DNA of 53,874 nt, from positions 162,043,656 through 162,097,529 of the forward strand of contig NC_068982.1 of the NCBI RefSeq assembly GCF_001194135.2. The letters run 5' to 3'. The notes beneath the pieces were generated by a model that searched no databases, was not told where the DNA came from, and worked only from the letters and a program-made list of their open reading frames with translations. This document shows, piece by piece, positions 1 to 12,859 of the stretch; within the stretch, counting starts at the first letter, position 1; the number at the start of each line of letters is the position of its first letter. Position numbers and translations under genes: made by a program. The stretch is from Octopus bimaculoides (Eukaryota).

Positions 1-539
1 GGCACTAACATCAGTGAAGATCATCATGTAACTTGCCAATCTAAGAGCCTAAAGTGGCCTCAGAAGTTGAGGGAGAATAGAAGAGAGAGGTGTGATGATT
101 TTAAGCAGAAGTATAAGGTGGGGTAAGATAACAATGTAGAAATTTAAAGATCTGCTGTGAAGCAAAACAAAATGCCTTCAGTAGTTTTGAACCTATTGCT
201 TGTAAGAAGATTGTTCAGTACATTATCTGCTTCATCATTATAACAAAAATATCTACTTATCCCCCATTATTTGTGTTCCCATGTCCTGATACAGTTGTAC
301 AACATCAATCCCAAGTCTGTCTTAAACTTCACTTTAATGGGGTTTTTTTTCACTTTTGTGTGTTGAGCTGTCAAACTCTCATCTTTGATTTCATCCCTGA
401 AGTGAACCCCACACAGTTCTGTTTGTAACAATACTAAAATAACTAGTTGGCCACTAACCCATTCTGATACCATTTTCATAATAGTCATAATCTTAACAAC
501 TACTTTTGACTTAATCATCATCAGTATTAGCTGCATACT

Positions 540-760
540 TATGGTTTCCATGCTGGTATGGGTTGGATGGTTCAACTGGATCTGACAAGTTGGAGGACTG
601 TATCATGCTCCAATGTCTACTTTGGCATGCTTTCTACAGATGGATGCCCTTCTTAACACCAACCACTTTACAGAGTGTACTAGTGTACTGGGTGCTTTTT
701 CATGGCACCAGCATCAGTGAAGATCATCATGTAACTTGCCAACCTAAGAGCCAAAAGTAG
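540..760 (-). mobile_element. RTE-type 3' tail fragment
   Basis: Reverse complement of the conserved tail (...ggaagggcatccag...ccaacccat(a)ccagcatggaa...) seen in + orientation at 8840-8977 and 18174-18310. Confidence 0.7.
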
Positions 761-1314
761 CCCCTATAACTGAGGGAGAATAGAAGAGTGAGGTGTGATG
801 ATTCTAAGCAAGGGTATAAGGTGGGGTAAGATAAGAGGAACAGATTTATAGCTGTAGTAAAGTGGTAGTGGAGTAGGTGCTAATTGGTGGGGAGGGGGCA
901 TAGTAGGAAACAGATAAGGGATTAATGTTGGGGTTATTGAGAAATGGGTGGAGCGACTAGAAAGGTGATAGAGTGAGTGAGTGGTTGCTTGGTTGGTTGG
1001 GCACTTTAGGGCTGCCTTCTATTATTAGGACAAACATGGATGACAAGTTTGAAAGAAAGGGAATAAGAGAGGGAGTAATAGACAGGAATGAAGAGAAATC
1101 CTGTGAGAATCATTGCAGGGAAGCAGTATAGGGGTTGTTGGGTTCAGCTAGAGGTGGGGAGAAAGATGAGAAGGGGTGTTGAGGAGGTAAAGAAGCAGTG
1201 GGGAGAGGGCAATGAAATAAAATGAGATTGAGTGTGTGGGGAGCAGTGAGGGAAGGAGAAGAGCAAAGAGAACCCAGATAGGAAGGAAGTAGAGGAAGAC
1301 ATGGGTGCAATGAG

Positions 1315-2490
1315 CACTCTGAGAGGAAGAAAAACTTTTGTTACCGGCAGTTGTGATAGCTCCTGAGCCTTTTCTGACTTGTTCTTCTCCTGAATGCTAT
1401 AGATTCAATATAACCAATTCTTCTGCTAACAATGTTCCCTAGTTTACAGAAGCTATCAACTACTTTTTGTGAGCTGTCTGGATAATAAGAGAATCTATTT
1501 CTGATGTGCTTATAGTACAGATTACTCCAGCACATTTGTCATACTACAAAGCTTACTTTCATAGTTAGCCTGCCTATAATTCCACTGCACCTCTTATGTG
1601 TCCATATTTATGCTGGGTGCAGCATGCAGAGTTTATATGTACTCTTTTTCTGTGTACTGAGAAAAGTCATTTCCTTGACGATGCTGAGGTCTAGTCTTTT
1701 TGCTGACTTACTAAAACTTTAGTCTTTCCTAAGTTTATCTTGAGGCCTCTTAATTCTAAGTGTAGTTTCTATGCCTGAAATTTCTTCTCTAATGCCACTG
1801 ATTTAGCTCTGAGATCTAAATCATCAACATATAGGAGTGAGTCTTGATGGATCCTTGCTTTCACTTTAAATTTGTCACTGAAATCATTGTTAATTCCCAC
1901 TTACTGCATCTTTGTACACAACTTGTAGAGCCCTCACAAACCATTCATCTAAACCCAGTTTCCTTAGCACCTATTAAATTACTGAACATTGTATCCTGTC
2001 AAAGGTCTTCTCCAAGTCAACAAATTTCAGGAATAATGGTTTAATTTTAGCCAAATATCTCACAGTTGCCTCACTAAGAAGATTGCATCAATGGTACCTC
2101 TGCCAGGCACAATCTCAAACTGCATCTTCCTTAGCTTTATTCTGTTACAGATCAGTTCGGCTATGACTCTATCTATGGTATTCATAACCTGATCCAATAG
2201 CTTGAGTCCTCTTTAATTTCTCTTTCTAAGGCATCTCCTTTGTCCTTGTAGCAGTTTACAGTGGTACAGGTATGCCAGCACTTGATTAATTATCTGGGTG
2301 GTTATCATGTATCCTACCTCACTAGATATTTTGAGCATCTCCTTAACTTTCCCTAATGGCCCAGCAGTGTTTCTTTTCATATCTTTAATTAATTTGTCTA
2401 CCACACCACTGTCAACTTGAATTGCTGGTCCCTTTTGTAGAGTCAGCACGAAGTAGCCTTTCTCTAACCCATACATCCTCAACATTCAAC
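1315..2490 (-). mobile_element. RTE-clade LINE ORF2 fragment (RT region), decayed
   Basis: Minus-strand peptides GPAIQVDSGVVDKLIKDMK...EMLKISSEVGY and KVVDSFCKLGNIVS...IESIAFR resemble RTE ORF2. Multiple stops and frameshifts. Confidence 0.85.
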
Positions 2491-3515
2491 AGTCTCTTAC
2501 AATAGCACTTCTATACCACTTTTTTTGTCTTCAACAGTGATAGCAATAATAAAATGTATCATTGCTTTATATATTACAACAATGATGGTTTTATTTAACC
2601 TTAAAACTGGGTTAAACTCATTAAAAAAATCATATCTATTCTTCCTTACTCAGTGACTCCTCATAGTGATATTTCTTTGAAACTCTCGCCTTCCTCTTTT
2701 TAGTTGTCACCAACTACAAATATATTCATGTCATATAGGGCATTTTCCTACCCAGTCGTATCCTGATTTGTGCTGACACAGTCATGATACTAAACATCTA
2801 TCTTCTACAACAATGGCCAGCCTCTTACCTCCTCCTTCTATTTGGGATTTTTAAAATTATATATAGAGGAGGGTAGCAGGAGAAGCTGTTACATGGAAAC
2901 CTTTCTTAGAAATATTAGTGATAAATATGAAATGGTTCCAAGTGAGAGCAAACTAAATTAATATAGAACTTACTAACTATACTTTCAGTCTTTCTTCGAT
3001 AAAAGTATTTAAAGAACATTTTCTCATTCTTCTTTACTTCTAAAAATCTTTCCTCTCCAAAATGATGCAACATTCCTAAACTTCATCCTCTTATCATGAC
3101 TCAGCATTTATGATATGTAAGGTGTGGCACCACCAATCTAAATTGGTAGCACCACACTTCACTTCTATATCTTAATGAAGGGATACTTGACTAAATATTC
3201 AGATTTGAATAGTTAAATTTGTTTACGCATTAAGTTGTTGATTTATTTTTAACAAACACAGACACACACACACATACAACTGACACACACAGCATATACA
3301 CTCATACAACACAACGCAAACTTGCACACGCTTATACTGTTATACTTTTTTTTATCTCATCTCTTAATGGTATTTAAGCTATGAAGAAGTTATAAGTATT
3401 GAATAAAACTGAATAATAGGCATGTTGTGTTGTTTATGTCAGTATTTACATGTTTTGATTCATGTAAGAATGTGTGTGTGACAATCAAATATATGTTAAA
3501 TTTATTTTATTGCAG

Positions 3516-3593
3516 GACGGGCTCGATGTAATGGTGAATGTGCCAAAGAAAGCTAATGATGCCATGCATTTAAGCATGCTAGAAGGTTTAGAG
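3516..3593 (+). CDS. TRIO: Trio/Kalirin RhoGEF exon: end of DH1 and DH-PH junction (DGLDVMVNVPKKANDAMHLSMLEGLE)
   Basis: Acceptor tttattttattgcag| and donor GAG|gtaagt; 78 nt, phase 0-0. Translation closely matches the remembered human Trio segment DGLEVMLSVPKRANDAMHLSMLEGF. Confidence 0.96.
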
Positions 3594-5112
3594 GTAAGTT
3601 AACCAACAGGTCTTGCATTTTTCCTGCATCTCCTGATGTCTCTGCTTCCAGCAACAATAAAATTCTATATTCACATTGATTTGATGGAAAAATAACATTT
3701 GCAAGCTCTGTCAGAGCTATACAAACAGCAACAACAATGTCACAATTCTGACAGCTGACTGAACAACAACGATAACTTATAGGCTCTAAAGTCATTAACA
3801 ACAACAACAGTGTTAATGCGCTGTTAAGTTGGACTTTTGATATCAAATATAACAGTGGCCATCCACATTCTGAGAGTTTTGCTTGTGGTCATGAATGACC
3901 AAGGGAACAGGGTGCTGAGCTACCAGCCAAGACATCACTGGTTCTTGTCATAGCACCAACACTGTGATTGTATCATGCCTTCATGGCCAAGGGGTAAAGT
4001 ACTCGAACTACTGACTGAAAAATCAGTGGTTCATATCCTCTCAGTGGCACTGGTTGAGTTCCTGGGCAAAAATACTTATCTTAAATGGCTTAGTCAATTT
4101 AGTTGTAAATAGATACCACAGAGTAGGAACAACTATTTGCTGTTAGTTTACAGTGTCATAAAACATGAAATATTGGTACTTTCTGAGTGTTAGTAACTTC
4201 TAATATCCATCAATTTCTGTGGTGAATGATGGTCACTTTCACATTGATATGCCTAAGATACACAACATAAAATTTCAGTCAACAGGGCTATCATGTCGAG
4301 AGACTTATTAGTTTTTCTCTTTATCTATGATTTCTTATTCATACACAAGCTGACATATTTGGTTTAGAGGGATGTGTGATGCTTGTGCCTTTCTCTAAGA
4401 TATTAGTGATGGAATTGATGCAAATTTGCTTTGGTTGAGAATTGAAATCAGTTTCATTGTTCAGCAGAAACTGATTTCTTCTCTGCATCATTTTATTGCT
4501 TTCTGTATTATAACTGATTTTCAAAGAACAAAGAAACACTTTAAATATCTCTGATACCTCATTGTTTGTTACTAGCAAGCAATATTCATTAGAGAGGAGG
4601 AGTGTAACCCTATGTCTTCAGGAAATAAACAAGCAGCTATGAATTTTTTTAATTGTTGTTATCAAGGAAGCTAGTTTACATTCAGGAATCAAAACTGGTC
4701 CATGACATCAGTTTTCCAACCTATCACTGTATTGCTGACAACAGATATCAAATATTCTGGCTAGAAATATTCTTATTACTTTCATTGTGTGTGTGTGTGT
4801 GTGCGTGCGTGTTACAATATCACGGGATTGACCAGACTCTGGGATGTTGTTATACATCCCTGGTCACAATGCACTTTGCATTGTTTTAGCCTTCAAATGA
4901 TGCCACCCCACTGGCTATGTGAGCAATGAAACAGAAGACTCTAATCCAACTAAGTCAGTGCGCAATGACGTTAATTTATCAAAAATGCTTACATATATAT
5001 AACTCAGCCTTGATTTTTGGTTTGTTTGATTTTGTCAAAATGTTATTTTTAGTGTAAAATATTTCATGTGTTAAATTGTGTTCTTTACATTTTTCTTGAT
5101 ATTTCTTTGTAG

Positions 5113-5295
5113 GATAATTTAGAAGCTTTAGGTGAAGTACTTTTACAAGATAACTTTACAGTCTGGGAACCAAAGAACTTGATAAAGAAAGGAAGAGAGA
5201 GACGTATCTTCTTATTTGAGATGTGTCTCGTGTTTGCTAAAGAAATTAAAGACAGTAATGGAAAATCAAAATATATGTATAAAACCAAGTTACTT
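5113..5295 (+). CDS. TRIO: Trio exon: PH1 N-terminal half (DNLEALGEVLLQDNFTVWEPKNLIKKGRERRIFLFEMCLVFAKEIKDSNGKSKYMYKTKLL)
   Basis: Acceptor atttctttgtag| and donor CTT|gtaagt; 183 nt, phase 0-0. Matches Trio PH1 (LQESFQVWDPKTLIRKGRERHLFLFEMSLVFSKEVKDSSGRSKYLYKSKL). Confidence 0.97.
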
Positions 5296-7695
5296 GTAAG
5301 TATATTTCTGTTATTTTGATTTCTAACAATAGAGTTTCAATAAAAAAAAAAGTATTCTTGATAGAAGATTATTTCAATTTATATTTCCTTGTTGACAGAA
5401 ATTATATTTAATTTTCTTTTACCTCATTTAACAATGTTTTCTCATTTAGCTTGCAAGATCACAAACTTTTGGCTGTGATGAAAATGAGAGTGTGTGATAT
5501 TAGTGCATTTCTCAAAAACTTTAAGCGAAGTATTACATTCTTGTATGTGGTTTGCAAGAATCTCGATGTAAACTTGTGTGTTGAAACAGATCTTGTTGTA
5601 TATTGCCAATAATAAACACACACATACTGGTTCTGTCTCATTTCTTTATTATTCATTAATTGGTTAACTATTCAACCAATTAACTAATCAATTGTAGGAT
5701 TAATCATTCAGTTAACCAATCAATCAGTTATTGTTGTAAAGTCATTTTGTTGCCATTAGCGACATTCTTAAGCTGATCTGAAGTAGAGAGAGTATGTTAT
5801 TGAAGAGGTTGTGAATGGAACAAAAGGACTTTCTTCATCATCCTTATCATTTAATGTCCTCATTCCATCATAGATTGAGTGATTAACTGGTTAATTAGTT
5901 GGTTAAGTAGTCAACAATTATTAATCACTGATGGTAGTGAATTTGTAAATAAAGAAGTTTGTGATATTTATTTGGGCTCTTTATGTTCCGGTTTCAAATC
6001 TTGTCATGGTCAACTTCACCTTTTATGCATCTGGAGTTGATAAAGTAAAGTACCAATCAATTTAATCAACTAACCTCTCCTTCAAAATTTTAAGCCTTGT
6101 ACTTATAGGTACAAGAAGTAATTGTTAGTCATTAAAAGATTTTGTTGGAATTTCTCTTTTTCTTCAGCAATAACACAGAAATCAGATGTTTCTTTGCATC
6201 TGGTCATGGACCTGATATTATCAGTAAAGTTATTTATAGTATCATCTTTAAGGAACTTCTACTGATCAAAAATGTGACGCTTATAATTATTATCTCTATA
6301 TATACACACCAACACAGCAGGAAAATCTCAAGCTTCTGTTATTAAAATATATTTCTAGTATTTTCATTATCCCTTTATATGATAATGTATTTTGTGCTAG
6401 GATTTCATAGCAGTGAATACAAGAAACAAAAATGATGTATGAGATAATAGAGAAGAATCTTAAGAGTTACACTGTGAATGTGATGTTTTTTATCAGCCTT
6501 CCCTTCTGAAACCCTACTGAAAAGAATGTATGGAAAGCTTCTTTAGCTTTTATTTCTAGTTGGTTGTCATTTAACTCCAAATCAGTCCTGGTTGAGTAGA
6601 CTTATGGTCGTAAGCATTCCCCCTGTGACCATTTAGGAATATGTAGGACAACTTTATTTAATGTATCTTTTCCTTATTTAAGATGTTGAGTTCTGTAAGG
6701 TGATGGAGATTTGTCTACCATTTCTAGCATATTGAGCAACCGTACATTCTCCCTCCTTAGCTCCAATGTCATTGTTTTTCTTGTAGCAATGAGAAAGGGG
6801 AAAAGATATTTCAAGGAAAAAACTACTTGACCTAGATTAAACTGATTTGATTAAAGAGAGCAACCTGGACATTTGTCAGTTAGCTGGATGAAGAAAGAAG
6901 CAGCTGTAATATATACCTTTATGTAAAACAATGTTACCTCCTACTGATGGCTCTAAGAACCATTTTCTACTTCAGTCTTGTCTGATCTTACAAATAGTTT
7001 TTAAAGCAAGCAATCAACATTCTTGAAAATTGACTCCTTTTCTTCCTCCCATTTAGATACTGAAAGAAAATACATTTACATTTTTGAACATTATTTTCCA
7101 GTTTATGTAAAATATTCAGTATTACACAAGCCAGTTAATGGATAGAGTCATTTAGGCATCAACTAAAATACCTTGAGATATTTGTTCCAGCTTTCTGCAC
7201 TCAAATTACACCATGATCAGTTTTACCTTTCCTCCCTTTAGGGTTAATAAATATCACAGTTTAACTTTCTAGGCACCCCCTAAGACATGTTCTAGTTATA
7301 TACAAATCATAAACCAATCACGCACACTCATGTGTGGACACTCATGTGTGGACACTCATTAAATTGTTTCTACCCATTTTAATTTAGTTTTTGTCACAGA
7401 TTCCAACCTACAGGAGATCACCACTAGTCCTCTAATACCTACCTACTCCAAATTGTCCATTTTTAAAGTGTTTGCATTTAAATTACTATCCATTACCACC
7501 CCTTTATATAAGAGCCCAAAGTTAGTTCTATTCTAAACAATAGACTGATATTATACCAATAAAAGTTACTTTATACAAACCTTCACCAAATTCTTGATTA
7601 TTTCTAATTAATTTAACCATATAGGTTGTGCTGTTTTTGTTGTTAGAAATGTGGTTACTAATGGTTTAAATTCACTTTACTTTGTGTTTTTATAG

Positions 7696-7797
7696 ATTTC
7701 AGAAATCAACATCACTGAACATATAGAAGGTGATGAATGCAAGTTTGCACTTTGGACAGGAAGAGCACCAATTTCTGATTACAGAATAATTTTGAAG
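7696..7797 (+). CDS. TRIO: Trio exon: PH1 middle (ISEINITEHIEGDECKFALWTGRAPISDYRIILK)
   Basis: Acceptor tgtttttatag| and donor AAG|gtatga; 102 nt, phase 0-0. Matches Trio TEHVEGDPCKFALWVGRTPTSDNKIVLK. Confidence 0.97.
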
Positions 7798-8164
7798 GTA
7801 TGAACATTTAGCAGACTAACTCTTAGTATTTAGTAATGTTGCCAATTTTATATTGTCATTTGTAGACATGGTGATAATTGTAAGAAAATAAAAGGTTTAA
7901 CTCCTGTAACTTGTGCAGTCAGTTTTCTTATTTTGTAGACACAACTTCCTTCTAGGAGTCAGATATGTTGAAAAATTAAAATAACCTGATAAGTTGAGAA
8001 AATTGGATGTAATAGCTTATAGACTGGTGTGTTGACAAACTAAGGTATAGTTTGATATGTTGACACAATCAGTTATAATAATTTATATACTGACATGTTG
8101 ACAAAAGAAGATATTTACCTTCAATTGTGAAGTATCTTTAAATAATAAATAAATTGATATTTAA

Positions 8165-8977
8165 GAAATGAAGTTAGTATGATCTGCTGGATGTGTAATG
8201 TCAGTGTGCATACACGACAGTGTGTAAGCGCCCTGAGAGAAAAGTTGGGCATAAGAAGCATCAAATGTGGTGTGCAAGAGAGGCAACTGCACTAATATGG
8301 TCATGGGATGAGGTGATGAAGCATGACCTTCAAACATTGGCCCTCAGAGGCAGTGACAGGAGACCGAAACCTTTGGAGATATGCTGTGATTGAGAAGATC
8401 CAGCAACTAAAGTGAGATCGCAGCCATGCATGTCCAGCCCTGTTAAGAATACCCCTTATGCATCAGGTGATATGATATGCTTGAGAAGACCTGTTGAGTC
8501 AAGTAAAACCAATAGCGTACCTATGGCCAGTACCCCCTGACTGGCTTCTGTGCCAGTGGCACATAAAAAGCACCATCTGAACATGGTCGATGCCAGGCTC
8601 ACCTGACTGGCTCCCGTACCAGTAGTATGTAAAAAGCATCAACCAAATGTGGCTGATGCCAGTACCTCCCGACTGGCTCTTGTGCTGGTGGCATGTAAAA
8701 AGCACCATCTGAACATGGTCGATGCCAGGCTCACCTGACTGGCTCCCGTACCAGTAGTATGTAAAAAGCATCAACCAAACATGGCTGATGCCAGTACCTC
8801 CCGACTGGCTCTTGTGCCGGTGGCACATAAAAATGGTTGGCGTTAGGAAGCATCCAGCTGTAGAAACATTGCCAGATCAGATTGGAGCCTGGTGCAACCG
8901 CTGGCTCTCCGGACCTCAGTCAAACCATTCAGCCTATTCCAGCATGGAAAATGGACATTAAATGAGGATGATGATGA
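8165..8977 (+). mobile_element. RTE LINE 3' end with tandem-repeat 3' UTR and (GAT)n tail
   Basis: Peptide RNEVSMICWMCNVSVHTRQCVSALREKLGIRSIKCGVQERQL...YGH matches the RTE ORF2 C-terminus. It is followed by ~66-bp repeats, the conserved tail and gatgatgat. Confidence 0.88.
8505..8832 (+). repeat. Tandem array of about five ~66-bp monomers with a 132-bp higher-order period
   Basis: agcaccatctgaacatggtcgatgccaggctc starts at both 8569 and 8701. The spurious ORF 8499-8828 shows a 44-aa repeat. Confidence 0.9.
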
Positions 8978-9228
8978 ATTCCCATATAAATGCTTGAAGC
9001 TGGTTACATGTATTTTTATATATGTGTGTCTGTGTGTGCACACACGTGCATTTGTTTATGCTTGTACATGTTTGTGTTTTTATGTGCATGTAACTATGTA
9101 TGTGTGTGTGTCTTTGTGCATATGTACATGTATGTGGGAAAGAATCTGGTGATGTCAAGATTGTGTTACTTATGAAACTGTTAAATGAAAATTCTCTCAA
9201 GCTCTATCTCTGTTCCTTGGTTATATAG

Positions 9229-9374
9229 GCATCATCACTGGATACAAAACAACAGTGGGTGAAAAAGATGAGAGAGTTAATTCAAGAACGTCTTGTCTAT
9301 ATGCACTCTGCCTTGAAAGAACCTCTAACAAAATCTGTCGCAGCACCAAAGATGTTTGTTAACAGAACAAGTCG
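9229..9374 (+). CDS. TRIO: Trio exon: PH1 C-terminal helix (ASSLDTKQQWVKKMRELIQERLVYMHSALKEPLTKSVAAPKMFVNRTSR)
   Basis: Acceptor ttggttatatag| and donor CG|gtaagt; 146 nt, phase 0-2. Matches Trio ASSIENKQDWIKHIREVIQERTIHLKGALKEP. Confidence 0.96.
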
Positions 9375-10770
9375 GTAAGTTCAGGCACATGAAAATGTGG
9401 TTTTATTCTCTTTTTTTTTTTTGTATACTTGTTAGTTGTATTAGAATACTAGAATCACTGCTAACACTAAACAGGGTACATACCTACCATGTCACAGTGA
9501 CCAGAGTACCATCCTACCTACCTACCTATCGTATCATAAACGACACAGTAACCAAAATACCTGCCTACCACATTGGAGCTGACATATTAAACATGGTACA
9601 CACCATATTACAACTGTGCCATAAATATGATACTTAGAATTTTACACTAGTTTGCAATTTCTATTCTGTTATAATCACTACATTCAGTTGTTAGTTAAGT
9701 AAATCAACTCTACCATCTTAATCTTGTCTTGGTTGGAAATTTGGTTCTAACTCACTATAGAGCTGGTTAGGTGCTAACTTCCTCAGCAGTTTACTGTTAT
9801 TTTTTGTGAAGAGTGGAGGCAAAATGTCATCAAATACAATACTACTGTAAGTTGGTTGTGTGTACTATAATGATGAGCTTTTCCACCATCACCCTGCCTG
9901 AAGTATTCATACAGCACTCTGTGGTGGAAGCTTCAAATTGTTAAATATTAAAATTTTTAGTGTTATCTAACCTACATCGGTAGAGAAACCTAGCTGTAAC
10001 AATGTTATCACTGGTACATGTCTTTGCTGGTGAATATGTTGAAGTAATATAGTTAAGCTAAAATCAGAATTATATATATTTTGCCATAAGAATTGAAGTG
10101 TTTATATAATATAAATAATATTGATATCTATGATGGAAAAAATTGGTGGACTAAGTCATCATTTAATGTCTGTTTTCCATGCTGGCATGGGTTAGACAGC
10201 TTGACAACAAATGGCAAGGCCAGGGGCCACACCAGGTTCCATAGTCTGTTTTGGCTTGGTTTCAACAACTAAGTGCCATTCTCTAACATCAGCCATATTA
10301 CAGAGAGTACTGGGTACTTTTTATGTGGCAAACAGTTTTCTGTGAGAAATTTAGTGGTGTTACAAACAAATATATTTCCTTTGTCTGGGATAATAGACAG
10401 TCGCGGATTTCATTGTATGGATGAACATAACTATATTTTTTTAGATACATTTGTTTTTTTGGAAATGGCTGCTTAATTGATTCTGCCGAGTAAAACGCTT
10501 AGTGGTATTTTATCCATCTTTACATTCCACTGAGGTCAGCTTTACCTTTCATACTTTTGAGGTTGATAAAATAAGTACCAGTTGAGCACTGGGATCAATC
10601 TAATTGACTATACCCCACTCCCTAACTTGCTGGCCTTGTGCCAAAATTTGAAGCCAATTTATCTCCTCTACTGTTAATTATCACATTGTTTATTCTTAGG
10701 TTGTAGATATAAAAGTTAAATTTTAAAATTGTTTGATTTTGACAGTGGAAATATTTTTACTATTTGTCAG

Positions 10771-10900
10771 GGATATGGAAAGTGACACAACATCTCTAGA
10801 TGAAGTCCATATTGAACGTCGCGCTAGTCTGGTGTCAGTGAACTCCAACACCACCACTGCCACAACAGACAGTAGCAGTAGCAGTGGCAGCAGCAACAGA
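10771..10900 (+). CDS. TRIO: Trio exon: Ser/Thr-rich PH1-SH3 linker (RDMESDTTSLDEVHIERRASLVSVNSNTTTATTDSSSSSGSSNR)
   Basis: Acceptor tactatttgtcag| and donor AGA|gtaaga; 130 nt. Phase 2-0 bridges the previous exon (CG+G = Arg) and the phase-0 SH3 exon. Position and composition fit the Trio linker, though sequence similarity is weak. Confidence 0.88.
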
Positions 10901-11802
10901 GTAAGATTTTTCACTTTTCATTGATTCATTGATTGAATAATTCATTCATTGCTATAAATAGATTTGTGGAAATTATTCAATAGACTATATCTAAATATAG
11001 ACAATTATATTTTATAATATAATCTGCATAACATTATAATTTAGAATATTGGAGAAACAATTATGTACTTGATATGAAAAAGGAAAAAAAAAAGATATTA
11101 ACCAAAAATTGCTTCTATATTTTTACTCAGTTTTTAATCTTAATTTCATTTTTTGTTGTTTCTTTATTTTATTTCCATTGTTGTGAATGACGAGTTTATA
11201 TTGGATAATAATGGTAAAATATTCTATTAACTCACACAAATTGGATACCCACATACAAATTCTATAAAGTCTATTTTAAAGTGAGCACATACATTACATC
11301 ATTTTAGTATACAGTACATTTTGCACTGGACAGACTTTACTATACTTAATACACAATATTTTTTTTTTTTGTAAACATATATGATACATCACTAGCATCC
11401 AGTATATTTTATAATGAACATACATGCTATATCACTGGCGTATCTTATATATAAATGACAATTTCTGTCTGTCTGTTACCATCTTGCTGCCCAAACTGAG
11501 GGAACCAATCTTCACTGAACTTTGTATACATGTTGAACTAACATCCAGTTCAATTATAGGCTAATTGGATTTCAATAACAAATGGACCGACTATGGGGGT
11601 TGCGCTATTACATGATAAAATGAGAGGGATGCAAACGTGTTAGGTTTGGGGAAATGTGACATAATGAGAGTGGCTGAAACCAGGGAAAGGGAAAAGACAG
11701 GAAGAGATAGACACACAGGGGATATGAGAGACAGACAGAGAATGACAGACAGGTACACTTCCATGTATATAAAAGAGAGTTTGTGTGTGTGTGTATCTTC
11801 CT

Positions 11803-12859
11803 TATGCATTTGAAAACTGGGTTATTGATTTTGAAATATGGGGTATCAAAAGATTCAGTAATCTTACATCTACCAAATAAACTTTTTATTTTCATTTACA
11901 TATTTGCAATACAAGAATTTTACATTATAATCTTTTCTATAAGTCAACTATCGTAAACATTTTATACTGTGATGACAATGTCACATTTTCTATATGAGTG
12001 TGTACCTTAAAAGACATCCATTTCTCTATATGTTATGAGGAAATACAGTCACTCACATGCACAAGCACACATACACAAAAAGATATATGCATATGTATTT
12101 ATTTATGTGTATATGAATGTGTGTGTGTGAGACAGAGTGAGAGACTGAGTGCCACTTACACATACATGACAACACACTCCTTCACTCACCCTTTCTCTCT
12201 CACATGTATACATACACGTACATACATCTTTCACTTTCTCCTCTCTTTCATTTTCTGCTCTCTTCAAAGCCTAAAGAAATAAAAAAAAATTTACAGAAAT
12301 TAACGAATACATTCAGAAACTGAGTTGCCAGTTTTGATGTATGGGCTATCAAAAGATTCAGTAATCTTTAAGCTAACAAATAAATTTTATTTTCATTTAC
12401 ATATTTGCATTACAAAAATTTTACATTATAATCTTTCTATAATTCAACTATCCTAAAAGACATTTTATACAACGCAATGGCATCACATTTTCTATGAGTG
12501 TGTACCTTAAAAGGCATCCATTTCTCTGTATGTTATGAGGAAATACAGTCACTCACTTTCTCTCTCACATGCACACATACATACAAAATAGATGTATGCA
12601 TATGTATTTATGTATGTGTATCTGAAAGATAATGTGTGTGTGTGTGGGAGAGAGATGGAGATTGAGTGAGTACCACTTACACATACATGCAAAAAATGCA
12701 TACATAACAACACACCTTCACTCATTCTCTCTCCCTCTCTGACTGTCTCTCTCTCTCACACACACACACATGTGTAAACACATACACATCCATTTCATAT
12801 ACACATACATACATCTTTCACTTTCTCCTTGCTTTCACTTTCTGCTCTCACTTCAAAGC
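11803..12859. repeat. Diverged tandem duplication of about 470-550 bp
   Basis: 11803-12270 and 12306-12859 share long blocks, e.g. tatcaaaagattcagtaatctt, gagtgtgtaccttaaaag, tatgttatgaggaaatacagtcactcac and catacatctttcactttctcct. Confidence 0.92.

Noticed and set aside
4829-4883. Two adjacent small stem-loops (tgaccag...gggatgt/acatccc tggtca; caatgca-ctt-tgcattg)
   Set aside because: Appears to be part of a dispersed repeat that follows a (GT)n run. Too short to support a distinct RNA gene.
8499-8828. 109-aa ORF with 44-aa repeats, or a CRISPR-like array
   Set aside because: Translation of the 132-bp tandem repeat in a LINE 3' UTR. There are no unique spacers and the context is eukaryotic.
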